Below, piece after piece: positions 12,254 through 27,545 of a stretch of 64,000 bases of DNA. The notes under the pieces were generated by a model. That model searched no databases, had not been told where the DNA came from, and was given only the letters and a program-made list of their open reading frames with translations. The position numbers and the translations under genes were made by a program. The DNA lies in assembly GCA_951406725.2 (NCBI GenBank), contig OX597821.1:3472001-3536000 (forward strand). Direction: 5' to 3'. Origin of the DNA: Octopus vulgaris (taxonomy: Eukaryota). How positions within the stretch are numbered: position 1 is the first letter of the stretch; each line of letters begins with the position of its first letter.

Positions 12254-14104
12254 TATATATATATTTTTTGTTTTTTAGACATACACACATGCATACACAC
12301 ATACATACACATATATTATCTTTTACTTGTTAGAGTCAGTGGACACCGGCCATTCTGGGGCACCACCTTATATTGTTTAGTTGGACAGAACAACCACTGT
12401 ACTTGATTATTCATAGGTTTGGTACTTTTTCCCTGAATTATTTTCGCTGAAACATTAAGTTTCGTGTACAGTAAAAAACCATCAGCGATTGTCAAGCAGT
12501 AGGGGTGTGTGTGACGAAAACAACGGCAAAGACGTATACACATCTTACTTTTATTGTAAAATATTACGATTGAGGTGCAGTTACATTACGAAAAACTGCC
12601 CCTGACGCCTTGCGTAAAATGAATATATTTGTTGCAAAAAAAGGTATTTACGATCACACGAGTAAAAGCATTTCAGCACATTATTGTGCTTTAACTGATA
12701 TTGGGTTGGTTCTTAATATTTCAAGATTAGTTATGACATCTGTATTCTGTAAAGATTATTCTTTCAACATTCGTCACAGGATTCACTGGTTTTATCTATT
12801 CCTCAATACTGCTTTTCTATTTTTTCCTTCTCTGTGCAATGTAGTTAAAGTAGCCTTCGGGGGAAAGTATTAGAAATAGTTGTCATATCCATCTCAGATC
12901 TCATCTTCCCATCTTAATAAAAACGAACACATCATGTAATAGAATTTTAGATAATGTTTGCTTGAAAATAGGAGGAATGTAAAGAGCTTGTCAATCGTTG
13001 AAGAACGATTTACTCAGCGAATTAAAATGCAACACAGCACTTCAAAGTAAAAATGGCGATTTCAGAGTAAAAACGCAATACCCATTTCATAAAACTTCGA
13101 CTGATTTTAACTGCTTATACATAAAACGGTAATTAATTTTTTAAAATAATATAATCATTAAAGTAGCTCAGCATTGTAGGAGCGAACTTCTATCTGAAGC
13201 TATTCATAATTGTTCTGTAAAATGTCTGTGGATGTACTCGACACGCTTTCTCCCAAAGAGAAATAATTTGTGTGTATAAAATATCCGCCAAAAGCGAAGC
13301 TTTCGTAATGCAACATTCGTGACATTTTGGAATAATATAACCTGTAAAACACCACAGTTTTGTGGGAGTGATGCTTCCATTAAAGCTATTTCTAATAGCT
13401 GTTTAAAATATTTGTTGATGTATCCAATATGCTCAATCTCATATACGAATAATATGTGTTTGTATGAATTACCTAGAAAGAAAAAACAAATTAACACTCT
13501 CAATTAGACATTTGCGTAGATAAATCAAAATCAGACAACGTAGCATATTCATATACAAATCATAATTGGGTGTCACTGGGGTATCTAGTTATGAAAACAA
13601 AATCTAGAAGCGACTTTGATCTTATTATGAGCTTACGTCTGGTGACTTTATTAACGTGAACTGATAATTAACCTGACAAGTTTCACATAGTAACCGTCCG
13701 TTATGGTGTATTGATGGTGTAATTTCTTTTAAATATATAATTTTTTTCTGGTTTTTGGTGGATGCTTATCTCACCTTAAAATCGATATTCCTACTTTCAA
13801 GTCTCGTGGTCAAATTTTGTAATTATTAATCTCATTTTCAAATGGCAATAACTCATTTTGAAATTAAATCAACGCCGTTATTGTTATACATATAGTAGAA
13901 AAAGAGGGCGAACTCTGACTCTACTTTCGTATTCAGTACGTTTATCCGCGTGGGTATCGGTACGCATGTATGTATGTGTGTACATATACACAAGCGTAAA
14001 TACATGCATACATATATGCATGTATACATGCATACATACATATACATATACGTACACGTACGCATGTGTGCATGTATGTATATATGATTATATATAGATG
14101 TATG

Positions 14105-14139
<35 letters not shown>

Positions 14140-14161
14140 ATTTATATATAATTATATATAT

Positions 14162-14650
<489 letters not shown>

Positions 14651-14654
14651 ACTT

Positions 14655-15020
14655 TTATTTGTTTTATTCTTTTAGTTGTTTCAGGCATTTGACTGGAGCC
14701 TTTTAGCCGAAGACATCGACCCCAGAACTTATTCTTTATAAGCCTAATACTTATTCAATCGCTTCTTTTTGCCTAACCACTAAGTGACGGGAACGTAAAC
14801 ACACCAACAATGGCCGTCAAGCGATAGTGGGGGAGGGGGAAACACAGACACAAAGGTACACACACACGACGCACGCGCAAACATACACACACACACATAC
14901 TTAGACACACACACACGTATATATGACAGGCTTCTTTCAATTTCCGTCTACCAGATCCACTCGCAAGACGTCGGGTGGCACGAGGCTATAATAGAGAACA
15001 AACACTTGCCCAAGGTGCCA
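14655..15020 (-). mobile_element. SINE family A (5'-clipped)
   Basis: Reverse-complement match to the family A tail and CORE-like block. Confidence 0.85.
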
Positions 15021-15349
15021 TCTAAATGTGCGTGTACGTGTGTGTGCATGTGCGCGTGTGTTTGTCTGTCTCCATGCGTGCGTGTCTTTGTGTGCGTGTG
15101 TGCCATATCTGATGCTTTAAGTTTGCCTGTCCTTAACCGTTGCAAAATAATATTCCAAATAACTGGCAAAGATTTTTCTCTTGTCCAACTGATGATCATT
15201 ATAATCATACTCGTCCTCAAAAGGTCAACCTCCGCATAATGATGATGATAATGATGTGTTAGAGGAGAGCGAGAGGGACAAAGGGCGATAGATAGACAGA
15301 GAGAGACACGTAGACACAAACATATAGATAGATAGATATGTAGGTAGGT

Positions 15350-15441
<92 letters not shown>

Positions 15442-15634
15442 TGATAGATAGATAGGTAGGTGGGTAGATATGTTTGTTTATAACACATACGAGTTGAACA
15501 CACAGGGGACAAATTACAAAGTAGAGCTTTTCTTATTGGGGACAAAAAATTGTGGTGTAGATTTTCAATCAAAAGGGATCGTGAAAAAAAAACAATCAAT
15601 AGGGATCGTGTATCACAGAAATGTAATGATGTAA

Positions 15635-16011
15635 TACTCTTTACTCTCTTTTGCTCTTTTACTTGTTTCAGTCATTTGACTGTGGCCATGCTGGAGCACC
15701 GCCTTTTAGTCGAGCAAATCGTCCCCAGGACTTATTCTTTGTAAGCCTAGTACTTATTCTATCGGTCTCTTTAGCCGAACCGCTAAGTTACGGGGACGTA
15801 AACACAGAAGCATCGGTTGTCAAGCGATGGACACACAAACACATACACATACATATATATATATACATATATACGACGGGCTTCTTTCAGTTTCCGTCCA
15901 CCAAATTCACTCACAATGCTTTGGTCGGCCCGAGGCTATAGTTGAAAACACTTGTCCAAGGTGCCACGTGGTTCGTAATCAAGCTACTTACAACACAGCC
16001 ACTCCTACGCC
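15635..16011 (-). mobile_element. SINE family A
   Basis: Tail TACTCTTT..ACTTGTTTCAGTCATTTGACTGTGGCCATGCTGGAGCACCGCC through head ACAGCCACTCCTACGCC. Confidence 0.92.
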
Positions 16012-16129
16012 TAATGAATAAAGGAGGAAACATATAAGGTTTATCCGTGGAAAAAAAGCTTACGGAAAAGACTACGGTAACCTCGGTCACTAATATCACA
16101 TGTTAACACATTTATTTCCGAGTAAGTAA

Positions 16130-16160
16130 GATGACGACGACGATGATGATGATGATGATC

Positions 16161-16192
<32 letters not shown>

Positions 16193-16360
16193 CCTCACCA
16201 CCACTGTCATCACCTCCAATCTCAATGCCATCATTACTATCATTGTCGCCATTACATTTGTTGTCGTCGTCGTCATCGTCGTAATCATCACGATATTCGC
16301 TGTTGTCGTCATCGTCGTCTCATCACCAGCATCATCACCGACATCACGCACGCCACCAAA
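16130..16360. repeat. (GAT)/(CAT)/(CGT) trinucleotide low-complexity tract
   Basis: Direct read. Confidence 0.9.
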
Positions 16361-16869
16361 TTAATGATTAAAATCATTGCAATCAATCTCATCTATTTTT
16401 AAAATTTTCTCCCGGGTTTTCTTGGCACACATCTATTTCTTCCTGTAATCCGTGTATCTCTGGTTTAGCTTCTATACCCCCACCTCTCTCTCTCTCTCTC
16501 TGTCTTGTTTCCTCCTCTCTCACCTCTCTCTCTCTCTCTATTCTTCATCTCTCTCTTTTCCTTCATTCTCTGTCTGTTAATCACTCCACCCCAACATGTC
16601 TCTTCACTTCTCTTCCCGTACGTGTTCTGTAATTTGCAAACGTGTAAATGAGTCGACTTTCAAATGGATCCCAGTCGCCTTTAATTGAAAAACGCCAGAG
16701 TTGCTAGTCTTGGTAATGTACAAAATCTACATCATTGTTGCTAGAGTGGCTACCAGCAAGTAGCAGTTAATCTCATATGTATTATTTATATATACACAGC
16801 TATGTAAACACTGACTGCTACTTTGTCTTAACCCGGTCGATGTGTTAGGGGAAGGCGAGAGGGACACAA

Positions 16870-16915
16870 AGCGATAGATAGACAGAGAGACATGTAGACA
16901 GAGAGACAGACTGAC

Positions 16916-16970
<55 letters not shown>

Positions 16971-17087
16971 TAGATGGATAGAAAGATAGATAGATAGTTA
17001 GATAGATAGATAAATAGATAGATAGATAGACAGACAGATAGATAGTAAGATAGATAGACAGGCAGACATACAAATATATAAATAGAC

Positions 17088-17163
<76 letters not shown>

Positions 17164-17256
17164 CATAGAGAAATAGATATATAATAGATAGATAGATGGA
17201 TGGATAAATAGATAGATGCGTAGGTAGGTAGATATGTAAGTAGGTAGATAGATAGT

Positions 17257-17318
<62 letters not shown>

Positions 17319-17330
17319 GATAGATAGATG
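16870..17330. repeat. (GATA)n/(TA)n compound microsatellite
   Basis: Direct read. Confidence 0.95.
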
Positions 17331-17699
17331 AAGAAAAGACAGGGTGTTGCAGCAGTTAAATTTCATGATGGTGTAATTCCTGAAAGATCGCAAGAGAAAA
17401 GTGGAAGATGTGTATAGGTGGCGCTGGTTGGTAGGATATGTATGATAGTGTAATTTCTCACATTCTCTCTCTACTACTGTATCGCGGCAAGAGTAGAAGT
17501 CAGACAGAACAATTAGAAACTTTGTTAAACACCAGTGACAGATTCCTGGCTTGAAATGCCACATCGAATATAAATGGCCGAGATGAACTTCGGTTTGTTT
17601 TATTCATTTGTTTGTCACAAACATTTACCATTCTTTGCTTCTTTATTCCTCTCTCGCCTATTTCCTAGGCAAACGCTTCTCTTTCTCATCCCATCTCAA

Positions 17700-18366
17700 G
17701 CCCCCACCCCGCCGTTCTTCTCTCTTTCTTCCCTCTGTCTTCCCCCTCCTACTTCTCTTCCTTTTCTTTTTGTTCTTCTTCTTCTTCTTCTTCTTCTTCT
17801 TCTTCTTCTTCTTCTTTACTCTTTTTCTTTTTGTTCTTCAACTTCTTCATCTCTTCCTTCTTCTCTATCTTCTTTCTTCTCTTTCTCATATCCTCCTCTT
17901 CTTACTTGTCTTTTTCTCTTTTTCTTGTTCCTCAACTTCATTTTCTTTTCTTCTTCAAATCTTCATCTCCTTCTCCTTTCTCATATCTTCTTTTTCTCCT
18001 TCCACTTCTTTCTTCTTTTTTTATGTTCCTCATCTCCTTCATCTCCTCCTCCTCTCTATCACTATCTCCTTCCTTTTCTCCACTTTCTCATATACTCCTC
18101 TCATCATCTTCTTCTTCTTCTTCTCCTCCTTCTTCTTCTTCTTCTTCCCCATCTTCTTCTTCTTCTTCTTCTTCTTTCTTCTTCTTCTTCCCCATCTTCT
18201 TCTTCTTCTTCTTCTTCTTCTCCTTCTTCTTCCCCATTTTCTTCTTCTTCTTCTTCTTCTTCCCCATCTTCTTCTTCTTCTTCCCCATCTTCTTCTTCCC
18301 CATCTTCTTCTTCTTCTTCCCCATCTTCTTCTTCTTCTTCCCCATCTTCTTCTTCTTCTTCTTCTT

Positions 18367-18454
<88 letters not shown>

Positions 18455-18803
18455 CCCATCTTCTTCTTCTTCTTCTTCTTCTTCTTCTTCTTCTCCTTCT
18501 TCTTCTTCTTCTCCTTCATGTTCTCTATACTTTCACCACATATCCCTTTCAGTTTAGGTCGTTAGGGTTCACTTCACTCTCCTTCCCTTTAAACCAAGAG
18601 AATCCTGCTTTCCACTTCATGTTATACTTTATTTCATCTTGTTCGCATTGTTCCTCTTCTTTCTTTTCCTTTCTTTCTTCTTTTTGTTGCTGTTGCTCTC
18701 ATTCATCATCATCATCATCATCACATTTCTTTTTTTACTTTTACTCATCATTAATACTTTTTTCTTCAGCCACCTAACACTGGTAGAAATGCTGCTGCTG
18801 CTG

Positions 18804-18858
<55 letters not shown>

Positions 18859-19095
18859 CACTGATGATAGTGATGGTACTACTGCTGCTGCTGCTGCTGC
18901 TAATATTTCTACTAGCACCGCAGTTTCTAGTATAACTGCCACTGCAACTAGTACACACTCCTATTACCACCACAACCACCACAATTAACAATTCTGCTAC
19001 TGAAATAACTACTAATACTACTACTACAACCACTGCCTCCAACATCAGCACCACCACCACCACTACTACCACCACCACTACTGCTGCTGCAACTC
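17700..19095. repeat. Polypyrimidine (TTC)n tract with higher-order CCCCAT(CTT)n units, (ATT)n, then (CTA/CTG/CCA)n
   Basis: Direct read. Explains the spurious long poly-S/L/F/K ORFs. Confidence 0.95.
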
Positions 19096-19585
19096 TTGTA
19101 ACTCAGAACTCCTCCATCCTGACTCCCTTCCACACCTTAGAACCCATGTATATTCTTCTCAAACCCTTCTCTCCCTATCTTATCTTTTGCCCTTTTACAT
19201 ACACCTCTACTTCCAAGCTTTATACATCTGTTTTCATAATGGCTCCATCTCAGCATGTCATCTCACTGTCTACCACTTCGTCTCTCTCTCGTTGTCTTTT
19301 GTTTGGCTGTCTCTCGTTCAAACACTCCCGTTTTCTCTCCCCCTCTCTCCTCACTCTGCTACACTCTTTCTCTGTTCGTCCGCCAATTACTTCTGATTAT
19401 TACACATTCACTATTTACATATTCATCCGTCATTCGCGTCACAGTTCTATTTTATATATATTTCATATGGGTTATCTCCTCATGCTCACATACATGCACA
19501 TTTATTCACATAAATACGCATAACAACACGCACGCTAATACTCACAAACATGTGTCTGTGTGTGTATAGATTTATATATATATTA

Positions 19586-19790
19586 TTTTACTTGTTTCAG
19601 TCTTTTGACTGTGGCCATGCTGGAGCACCACCTTCTATTATGGCAAATCGACCCGAGGACTTATTCTCTGTAAGCCTCGTATTTATTCTATCAGTCTGTT
19701 ATACTGAAACGCTAGATTGCAGAGACCTAAACACACCAGCATCGATTCTCCTGCGACGGTGAAGGAGTCGAACATAGACGCACAAGTGTA
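19586..19790 (-). mobile_element. SINE family A, 3' half
   Basis: TTACTTGTTTCAGTCTTTTGACTGTGGCCATGCTGGAGCACC. Confidence 0.85.
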
Positions 19791-19834
19791 TACATACACA
19801 TATACATACATACATACATACATACATGCATACA

Positions 19835-20657
19835 TATATAACATAAATAATATATAAACATATGTATATATACATACATACATCTATATGTATATATACA
19901 TGCATATATGGGTACAGGACACCTTAAAACGTTGAACACAGTGAGTAACGAAAACATAAAAACAAAAACATGTAAGCGAACTTTTTTCAAACAACGAAAA
20001 AACAGAGTACAAGACATACAACACAAGGAACATTCCCCTTCTTCAGTTGTCCCTGTTTCGTCTACTCCGCGTCCCGATGTCAAGGACAAAACGCAACTTT
20101 GTTGAAACAGTCCTTCCCACAAAGCAAATTAAATAAAAATTGTGATTTTTTGCGGTGGGTAAAATGGTAACAAGAACAGGACAGTGAAAACAAAACAAAA
20201 CTGTAAAAACAATACAAATAAAAACATTAAAGGACAGGACAAGGAGAATAACACAGTAAAAACAGACAATGAGGGCTGTTAAGCTAAGACGATGGAAAAA
20301 TAATTTTGAACGCATTGAAGAGACAGCTTATGAGAAGGACAGGATAAGCCGTCTGGACTCGTTGATGATAGCAGTCGGAAAGATGCCTTAACTCTGGTCT
20401 AATGTCAGTGACGAGAGAGAGGAGGAGAAGTAGGAAAGAGGGAACGGTGAAAGGAAGAGGAGAAGAATAGGGAAGGGTGCGTGATAAAACCAGAAAGGAT
20501 GAAGAAAAAGAGAGGGAGAGAAACAGAATGAGGAGAACTAGTAAAAGTTAAGAGTGCACATCATAATTATTAAGATAAAACTTACTTGGAAATGGATGCA
20601 TGGCGTTCGATCATATAATAACATAAATAATATATAAACATATGCATATATACATAC
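19835..20657. mobile_element. Family G unclassified element, ~780-bp unit with terminal direct repeat
   Basis: TAACATAAATAATATATAAACATATG at about 19840 and 20619. Internal block repeated at 21103-21245; related copy at 39885-40292. Confidence 0.65.
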
Positions 20658-20659
20658 AC

Positions 20660-21105
20660 TATTAAATCTCTGAACGAGATGTAAACAGTAACCGCTCGAC
20701 AATGTAAAGTATAATAGCCATCTGAATATGGCTAACCACAAAGGGTGGGTGTTACTGTAGCTTTTAGCCCCAGGAGATCATCGTCTCCAGCTGGCTTTAG
20801 GCACACTATCTGTGCCCTTATGGTATTTGCAAAGGGAGGCCATCCGTTTCTCGTAAGCCTAACTGATACGCACCGGACTGCGGTTTTGAGGTTGTTGCCT
20901 CTTGTCAACGGGCGGTAATAACCGGATCACGATGAAAGGGAAAGCCTGTATGCAAATATATGTGTTTTTCTAGTAACTTCCGTCACTGATTCCGAAAAAC
21001 TGTCTGCGGGCACAGATAGTGTGCCTAAAGCCAGCTGAAGACGATGATCTCCTGGGGCTAAAAGCTACAGTAACACCCACCCTCTGTAGTTAGCCATATT
21101 GAGAC
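20660..21105 (-). mobile_element. Family D element with a partial inverted copy; degenerate hammerhead at 20869-20914 (minus)
   Basis: IR 20719-20817 versus 21009-21105. Minus strand reads CGCCCG-TTGACAA-GAGG caacaa CCTC-AAAA-CCGCAG-TC-CGGTGCG. Confidence 0.8.
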
Positions 21106-21244
21106 ATACAACACAAAGAATACTCCCCTTCTTCAGTTGGCCCTGTTTCGTCTACTCCACGTAACAAAGGTAAGGACAAGACGCGACTCGAGGATGCAGC
21201 CCTTCCCGCAAAGCAAATTAAATAAAATTTGGGATTTTTTGCGA

Positions 21245-21327
<83 letters not shown>

Positions 21328-21333
<6 letters not shown>

Positions 21334-21625
21334 AATCCAAACGGGAAAACAAAAAAACAACAACAATGGAACAATTACAGTATTATTATTAATAGGCGCT
21401 CAGGAAATGGAAGCAGGGAGGTATGACGTTTCGAGCGGAGCTCTTCGTCGGAAACATAAAGAAGGAAGAGAAGAAAGAAAGATCCCAAAGCGGGCAACAG
21501 GGATAGAGAAAAAAAACGACTGGTGTTTACGAGTTACACATGGTGAAAGGCGGATGTTTACGATAACAAGAGCAAAGTAGGTTTTTAAAGGCAAAAGAGT
21601 GGAGACAAGGTTGGTAACGCAACAG
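21328..21625 (-). mobile_element. Family E element with a minimal hammerhead (21421-21457)
   Basis: Minus strand reads TTT-CCGACGA-AGAGC tcc GCTC-GAAACGTC-ATA ... TTCCTGAGCG. Confidence 0.72.
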
Positions 21626-21736
21626 ATGTGTGTGTATGTGTGAGTGTGTGCGTGTGCGTGTGTGTATGTGTGTGTGTGAGGCGAGATAAAAAAACAAAAA
21701 ATATATGTATGTGTTAGTGTGTGCGTCTGTGTGTAG

Positions 21737-21802
<66 letters not shown>

Positions 21803-22961
21803 TTCATATACGATGCTGTTTTCAGCCCTAAACTGTGATTCTGTGTTTGCGATCGACTCTGTGTGTGAGTGTGTGTGTGTTTATACATTTTTCTACAGCA
21901 TTTGCATTTGTTAGAAAATATACATAAAGATTCCGCCTTGCTTCCATTCAGTGATGAACTGTTGACCATCAATGTTATACGCTGTATATTTTGACCACAT
22001 ATGCACAAGTCATTGCGTTATCTTCTCCGCATCATAGTTCCCCCTTTTTAGCTAGATCATAAAAATCTGGCAAATTACATCCTGTCGACTTCTTTCAACG
22101 TATAACCATTTCTAATTAATTATTTATTGCTTAATTCACTAACAAGTATGTTAACTATTGTTTCATTTGGATAGCGTCTATGATTAATTAACCTCTGTGA
22201 TTAGTTAGTGTTCTGTTGTTTGTTTGTATATTTTTATATAATCAAATTCTTCATGTTCAATATTATATACGCATACTTAGAGTTGTCCTTGTGAACACTT
22301 AGCAATTAAGTTTGAATTATATTCTTCGCTTGTGATGTCATATATAATTCCAAAAGAAGCGCACAACTGAGTCTCGTTGATGTCGAAATGATTAAAATTA
22401 TATGATTAATTGACTTATCTATTTTTCTTTCTCATTGCATACTTACTTCTAATTATATATTTAATGTGTTATTTGTGTATATATACTAAATTAACTATTG
22501 TGCTTCATACAGATGGTGTCGCTGCGTAATTAACTATAGTAACTTTATTTTTCATTTCCAGGAATAATTAACCAACGTAAAAGTATAATCATGTTTCCTC
22601 GACTCTATTCTGAACCGTAGATAAAAAGCGTATGACAATCTAAAAATCCATTTCCCGCCTACTACACGCATGGAACAACAGAAAATGAAAATATGATGCC
22701 TCATTGATTAATGAGCCCGTCATAGTTTATAAAAATTAAAACTTGTTAGTCACGGTTGAACAGTTTTTAATTATTGTTCCGGCCTATCTGATGTGGTAAG
22801 GAGCCAAACTACTACATGAGCGTGCTAACGCTATGTCCCGAGATGTACCAACATGTACATAACTTGGGCTTTCTTAGGGTTAGCATGCTCCAAGCGAGGA
22901 ATAGATTTTAAATATAAACTTGCACGATAATTAAGACCGCGTTGATATTAGTCAATCACTA

Positions 22962-23395
22962 AGGCGGCGAGATGGCAGAAACGTTTGCCCGTCGGGCGAA
23001 ATGCGTAGTGGTATTTCGTCTGTCGCTTTGTTCTGAGTTCAAATTCCGCCGAAGTAGACTTTGCCTTTCATCATTTCAGGGTCGATAAATTAAGTACCAG
23101 TTACGCACTATGGTCGATGTATTCGATTTAATCCTGCTGTCTGTCCATGTTTGTCTCCTCTATGTTTAGCCCCTTGTGGGCAATAAAGAAATATGAAAAG
23201 TTAGCACTCCGGGCGAAATGCTTAGCGGCATTTCGTCTGTCTTTACTTTCTGATTTCAAATTCCACCGTGGTCGACTTTGCCTTTCATCCTTTAGGGGTC
23301 GATAATTTAATAACCAGTTGCGTACTGGAGTCGATCTAATCAACTGGTACCCTCATCCAAAATTTCGGGCCGTATGCCTAGAGTAGTAGAAAAAA
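22962..23395 (+). mobile_element. SINE family B, two tandem copies
   Basis: Head GGCGGCGAGATGGCAGAAACG, B box GAGTTCAAATTC, core present twice. Confidence 0.9.
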
Positions 23396-24209
23396 AAATA
23401 TATTACTTAATCACTATTTATTAAAAATGCTGGTAAACAATTTCGTAATTTGCAGAGGAAAACTAGTATTTGGTGGTTTGTTTTTATATGGATTGTCATG
23501 GAAACAAAAATCCAGTAGAACTTGTGCTAAACAAAACTAAAAAGTTTATTTCAGATTTTTTTTTAATCCAAACTTTCGGAATTATGTAACTCATTTATAA
23601 ATGAATAATCTCATTTTTCCGATATTGTTTAACACCAAACCAACAATATTTTAGAAAAGCAATGGCCGAAATATTTCCCAAAATAAAAATTGCACCTTTT
23701 ATACAAAATACTTAAACGTATTAGACATTAGAGTGGCTGAACTCTACACTATGGTTAGTGACGTAAGCATGACTGATATTGCTATGATTCCCATAAAGAT
23801 ATTTTATGATATCTGATGTAATATCACAAAACAATTTATAATGTGTGGAAAAGTTTTGACCATAGATATAAACCAATAAAAACTAGAATAATATCACCAA
23901 TTCTATGGAATGAACTCGAGCAGTGCAGCATCATTTCCTAAAGTTGTTCTTGACCACAACCTCATCCTTATGGAGATTGCCCTCACACTTGTTTATCACA
24001 CAACCTTTGCATTGCAATTTTTTCAGGAACCTCAATTATATCGATCACAACACTTTCAGAGGGTTTGCAGAAGAGTTGTGCAGTTCAGCTTCTACACTTA
24101 AAATTCCAGAAGCAATGACGCAAAATAACTTCGAGTTTATGAAATTAATCAGGAGGTTACGTCTAGGATAGATCAAAAGGCGAATTACATTAAAAAATAA
24201 TAACGAATT

Positions 24210-24385
24210 TTCTTGTTACAGTTATTAGATTGCGGCCATGCAGGGGCACCATCTTCAAAGATTTTAATCGAACAAATCGATGCTTGGATTTATTATTTTT
24301 TGAATCCCAGTACTTATTCTATCGGTCAATTTGGCCGAATCGCTAGTTAACTCAGCATCACCTATCGTCCAGCGTCGGTGGGAGA
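24210..24385 (-). mobile_element. Degenerate SINE family A, 3' half
   Basis: TGCGGCCATGCAGGGGCACC; AGTACTTATTCTATCGGTC. Confidence 0.7.
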
Positions 24386-24696
24386 CATCGTATATTATAG
24401 GCAAAGAGGGTGTAAGGAAAATTTCAAAAAATATGTTTTTTTACATATTAACTGTAACCGGTTTTCAAGGCAAGCGACTTTTCAAGAATTGTAAGGTGAA
24501 AAGAATATTTTTGGTAATTGAAAAGAGGGAAAAAGAAAATTACCTTGATTTTTGCAAAAAAATAATAAACATACAAAAATAAAAAAATAGGTACACCGAT
24601 ACATTGTAAAGTCTATGTGTATCTCGAGTTCAATGATAGTCCTTGGAAAAATTACCTTGGAAGATTAAGATACATGTGATTACATCCATAACCCAA

Positions 24697-24788
<92 letters not shown>

Positions 24789-25239
24789 GATGCTTCAACC
24801 AAACTATAAAATTTTATTGTATATATATATATGTATACATATATATATATCGAGGATATCCAAGGTAGTGTAGTACAATCGTTTCATGCTGCTTCATTTT
24901 ATTAAACACTGTAAGTATTACTTCAGTTTTAAAATGTCGAGCAATCTTCAACCACATATAGAATTTGTTTTAATTAAACGGACAATGCACATTTTTATAC
25001 TTATTTCATTTGCCAACATTATAATTATAATCACAATTTTTGTGATTATAATTTTGATGTACATTGATTTAAATTGAACGATGATTTCGATGGGTTATCG
25101 GTCGGCGGGCGCTGGTGCCCCTCCCATTATTATTATTTTTTTCCATCTTTGTCGTTTTTATACACATCAATGTCTCTGTCCAGCCCGCAGCTACCTTTAT
25201 CTATGTACGACCTTCATGGTCAATTCGATGAAATAAAGA

Positions 25240-25612
25240 AGCTTGCTTACCAAACACATGGTTCCGAGTTCACTCCCACTGCGTGGAACCTTGGGCAAGT
25301 GTCTTCTACTATTGTCTCGGGCCGACCACATCCTTGTGAGTGGATTTGGTAGACGGAAACTGAAAGGAGCCCGTCATATACACGTATATGTGTGTGTGTG
25401 TGGGTGTTTGTCCCCCCCCCCCGACATTGCTTGATAATCGGTGCTGGTGTCTTTACGTTCCCGTAACTTAGCGGTTCGGCAAAAGAGACCGATAGAATAA
25501 GTACTGGGCTTATAAAGAATAAGTCCTTCGGTCGAGTTGCTCGACTACAGGCGGTACTCCAGCATGGCCGCAGTCAAATGACTGAAACAAGTAAAAGATA
25601 TTAAAAGAGAGT
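25240..25612 (+). mobile_element. SINE family A
   Basis: Near full-length match, including tail CAGCATGGCCGCAGTCAAATGACTGAAACAAGTAAAAGA. Confidence 0.92.
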
Positions 25613-26740
25613 ATGTAATTCCTACGTTCACGTCTTTAACATTTCTCTCTTTATCTTCACCTCCCACTTCTACTAACTCTCTATCTATCACTCTCTTAAT
25701 GTAACTGCCTCCCCTGCCCATATCTCATCTGCGAAATATTGTAGCCTTTCTCTCTTTCCCTTTCTCTCTACACTCTACACAACGCCATTACTTCCCCCTC
25801 CTTCTTTACTCTCACTTTCGCTTTTCTCGCTCTTCGCCTCTGCCTTCAACTATCACGTGACGCATTTGGCTTTATTATATCTCTTTCTCTACCTATTCCT
25901 CATTTCTTTCTTCTCTACTCACACTCCTCCTCTCCCCCCTCTCTCTCCCTTTCTCTCTCCCTCTCTCTCTCTCTCTCTCATACACACACAATTATATTCC
26001 GTCTCTCATTCCCTCCACCTTCACCTCTGTAACTAACTACAGTGTAACGGGCGAACGAACAAGCAGATTATCGTATAGAGTTTCTTAGTCAATACAGCGT
26101 GATCCCTGCTTATAAGCTTTAAGCTTATAGAATATTATTATTGACAGAATTGTAAAAATCGGTACCGCTTATCAACTCATTGCATACACACCCACACACA
26201 CACCCACCCACACCCACCCACACACACACATACACACACACACACACACACAATGATGTTTATATACGTACGTGTTTGTAGCCGTATGTGTGCTGATACG
26301 CTTGCCTTCCGTTTCACTCTCTCTTACAAATATTTATTAAAAAGTAACTGTATGTTGCAATTATGATTTCTACACTCGTGTATGTTATCTTACAGGGTTT
26401 TACTAATGTCACCATGCACTTTAATAATTTATTCAGCTTTAATATGCAATATTGGTTATTGGAATATTTTCAGTTAAGTATTGATTAACTGTGTTGTTGA
26501 GTATTATACAAATAATAAATTCAGCTTCACGCATTACTCCCGAAATCAAATACATTGCATGCTTGCACATAATTATTCAAATTACAAATTGAAAATATAT
26601 TTCTATTAAATACATCTCAGATTTAAAAGCACGTTACAAAGTCACAATATGGCACATATATTTCTTCTCATTATTGAGAAAATTCAATTAGCTACTTGTG
26701 TGTGCGTGCGTGTGTGTGTGTGTATGATTGTTTGTGTGTG

Positions 26741-26885
26741 TAAGAAAGGTTGCTGAAAAGTTCCTGGCTTTGGGTAAAAGAAAGTGCAGGGAGATCTCTT
26801 AATTATGATTTTATGCAATATATTCTCCTCTCAGATTCACACACTAATTGCAGCGGTCGTTCAGTTTTTCTAAGCCCTGTAAATG
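26741..26885 (-). mobile_element. Mariner 3' end (TIR plus transposase C-terminus)
   Basis: TIR-like GGTTGCTGAAAAGTTCCTGGCTT. Minus strand encodes LEKLNDRCN*CVNLRGEYIA*, matching the mariner terminal KL..RW.KC....G.Y motif. Confidence 0.75.
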
Positions 26886-26973
26886 CATTCGGAAGCTTGG
26901 GCCTCGAACCAGGCATTTGGCGCTACCCTTAAAGCCAGGGACATCTCAGTACATAAATACATACAGGCATGTA

Positions 26974-27039
<66 letters not shown>

Positions 27040-27331
27040 ACTAGCTTGATTTAATTTAATCAGGTTAGTTTACCATTAAACAATAGATGAAACGGTGCAT
27101 CGTATAAAGAATTACAGGGTAAATGTTTTTTTAATTTTCTCCTGGTTTACGGAATTAATGTTGTTTTGCGGTTGAAGCCTTGGCTGTTATTTCTAGTGGG
27201 TGAATGGCCTATTATGGCCGTTCATTGATTTTGCTGTTGAATTTATAAATGGTCTATGACTATATAATTTTTTCCCACTAGGCCGCTGGTGGCAAAAAAA
27301 TTCTGCGAAATTTTGTGCCACCCTATATTGA

Positions 27332-27390
<59 letters not shown>

Positions 27391-27394
<4 letters not shown>

Positions 27395-27545
27395 CGCAAG
27401 AGGGGCTGTGTAGTAAGTAGCTTGCTAGCCAACCACATGGTTCCAGGTTCAGTCCCACTGGGCAAGTGTCTTCTGCTATAGCCCCGGGCCGACCAATGCC
27501 TTGTGAGTGAATTTGGTAGACTGAAACTGAAAGAACCCTGTCGTA

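Noticed and set aside
17574-18777. Long ORFs of 244-389 aa
   Set aside because: Translations of (TTC)n/(ATT)n, open in several frames only because the repeats lack stop codons.
23880-24170. Coding-like stretch, possible host exon or hAT relic
   Set aside because: No recognisable motif or consistent splice sites. The same applies to 5750-6250 and 53616-53831.
27295-27328. Possible Tc/mariner TIR (TATAGGGTGGCACAAAATTTCG on the minus strand)
   Set aside because: No partner TIR or transposase sequence nearby, and too short to call.
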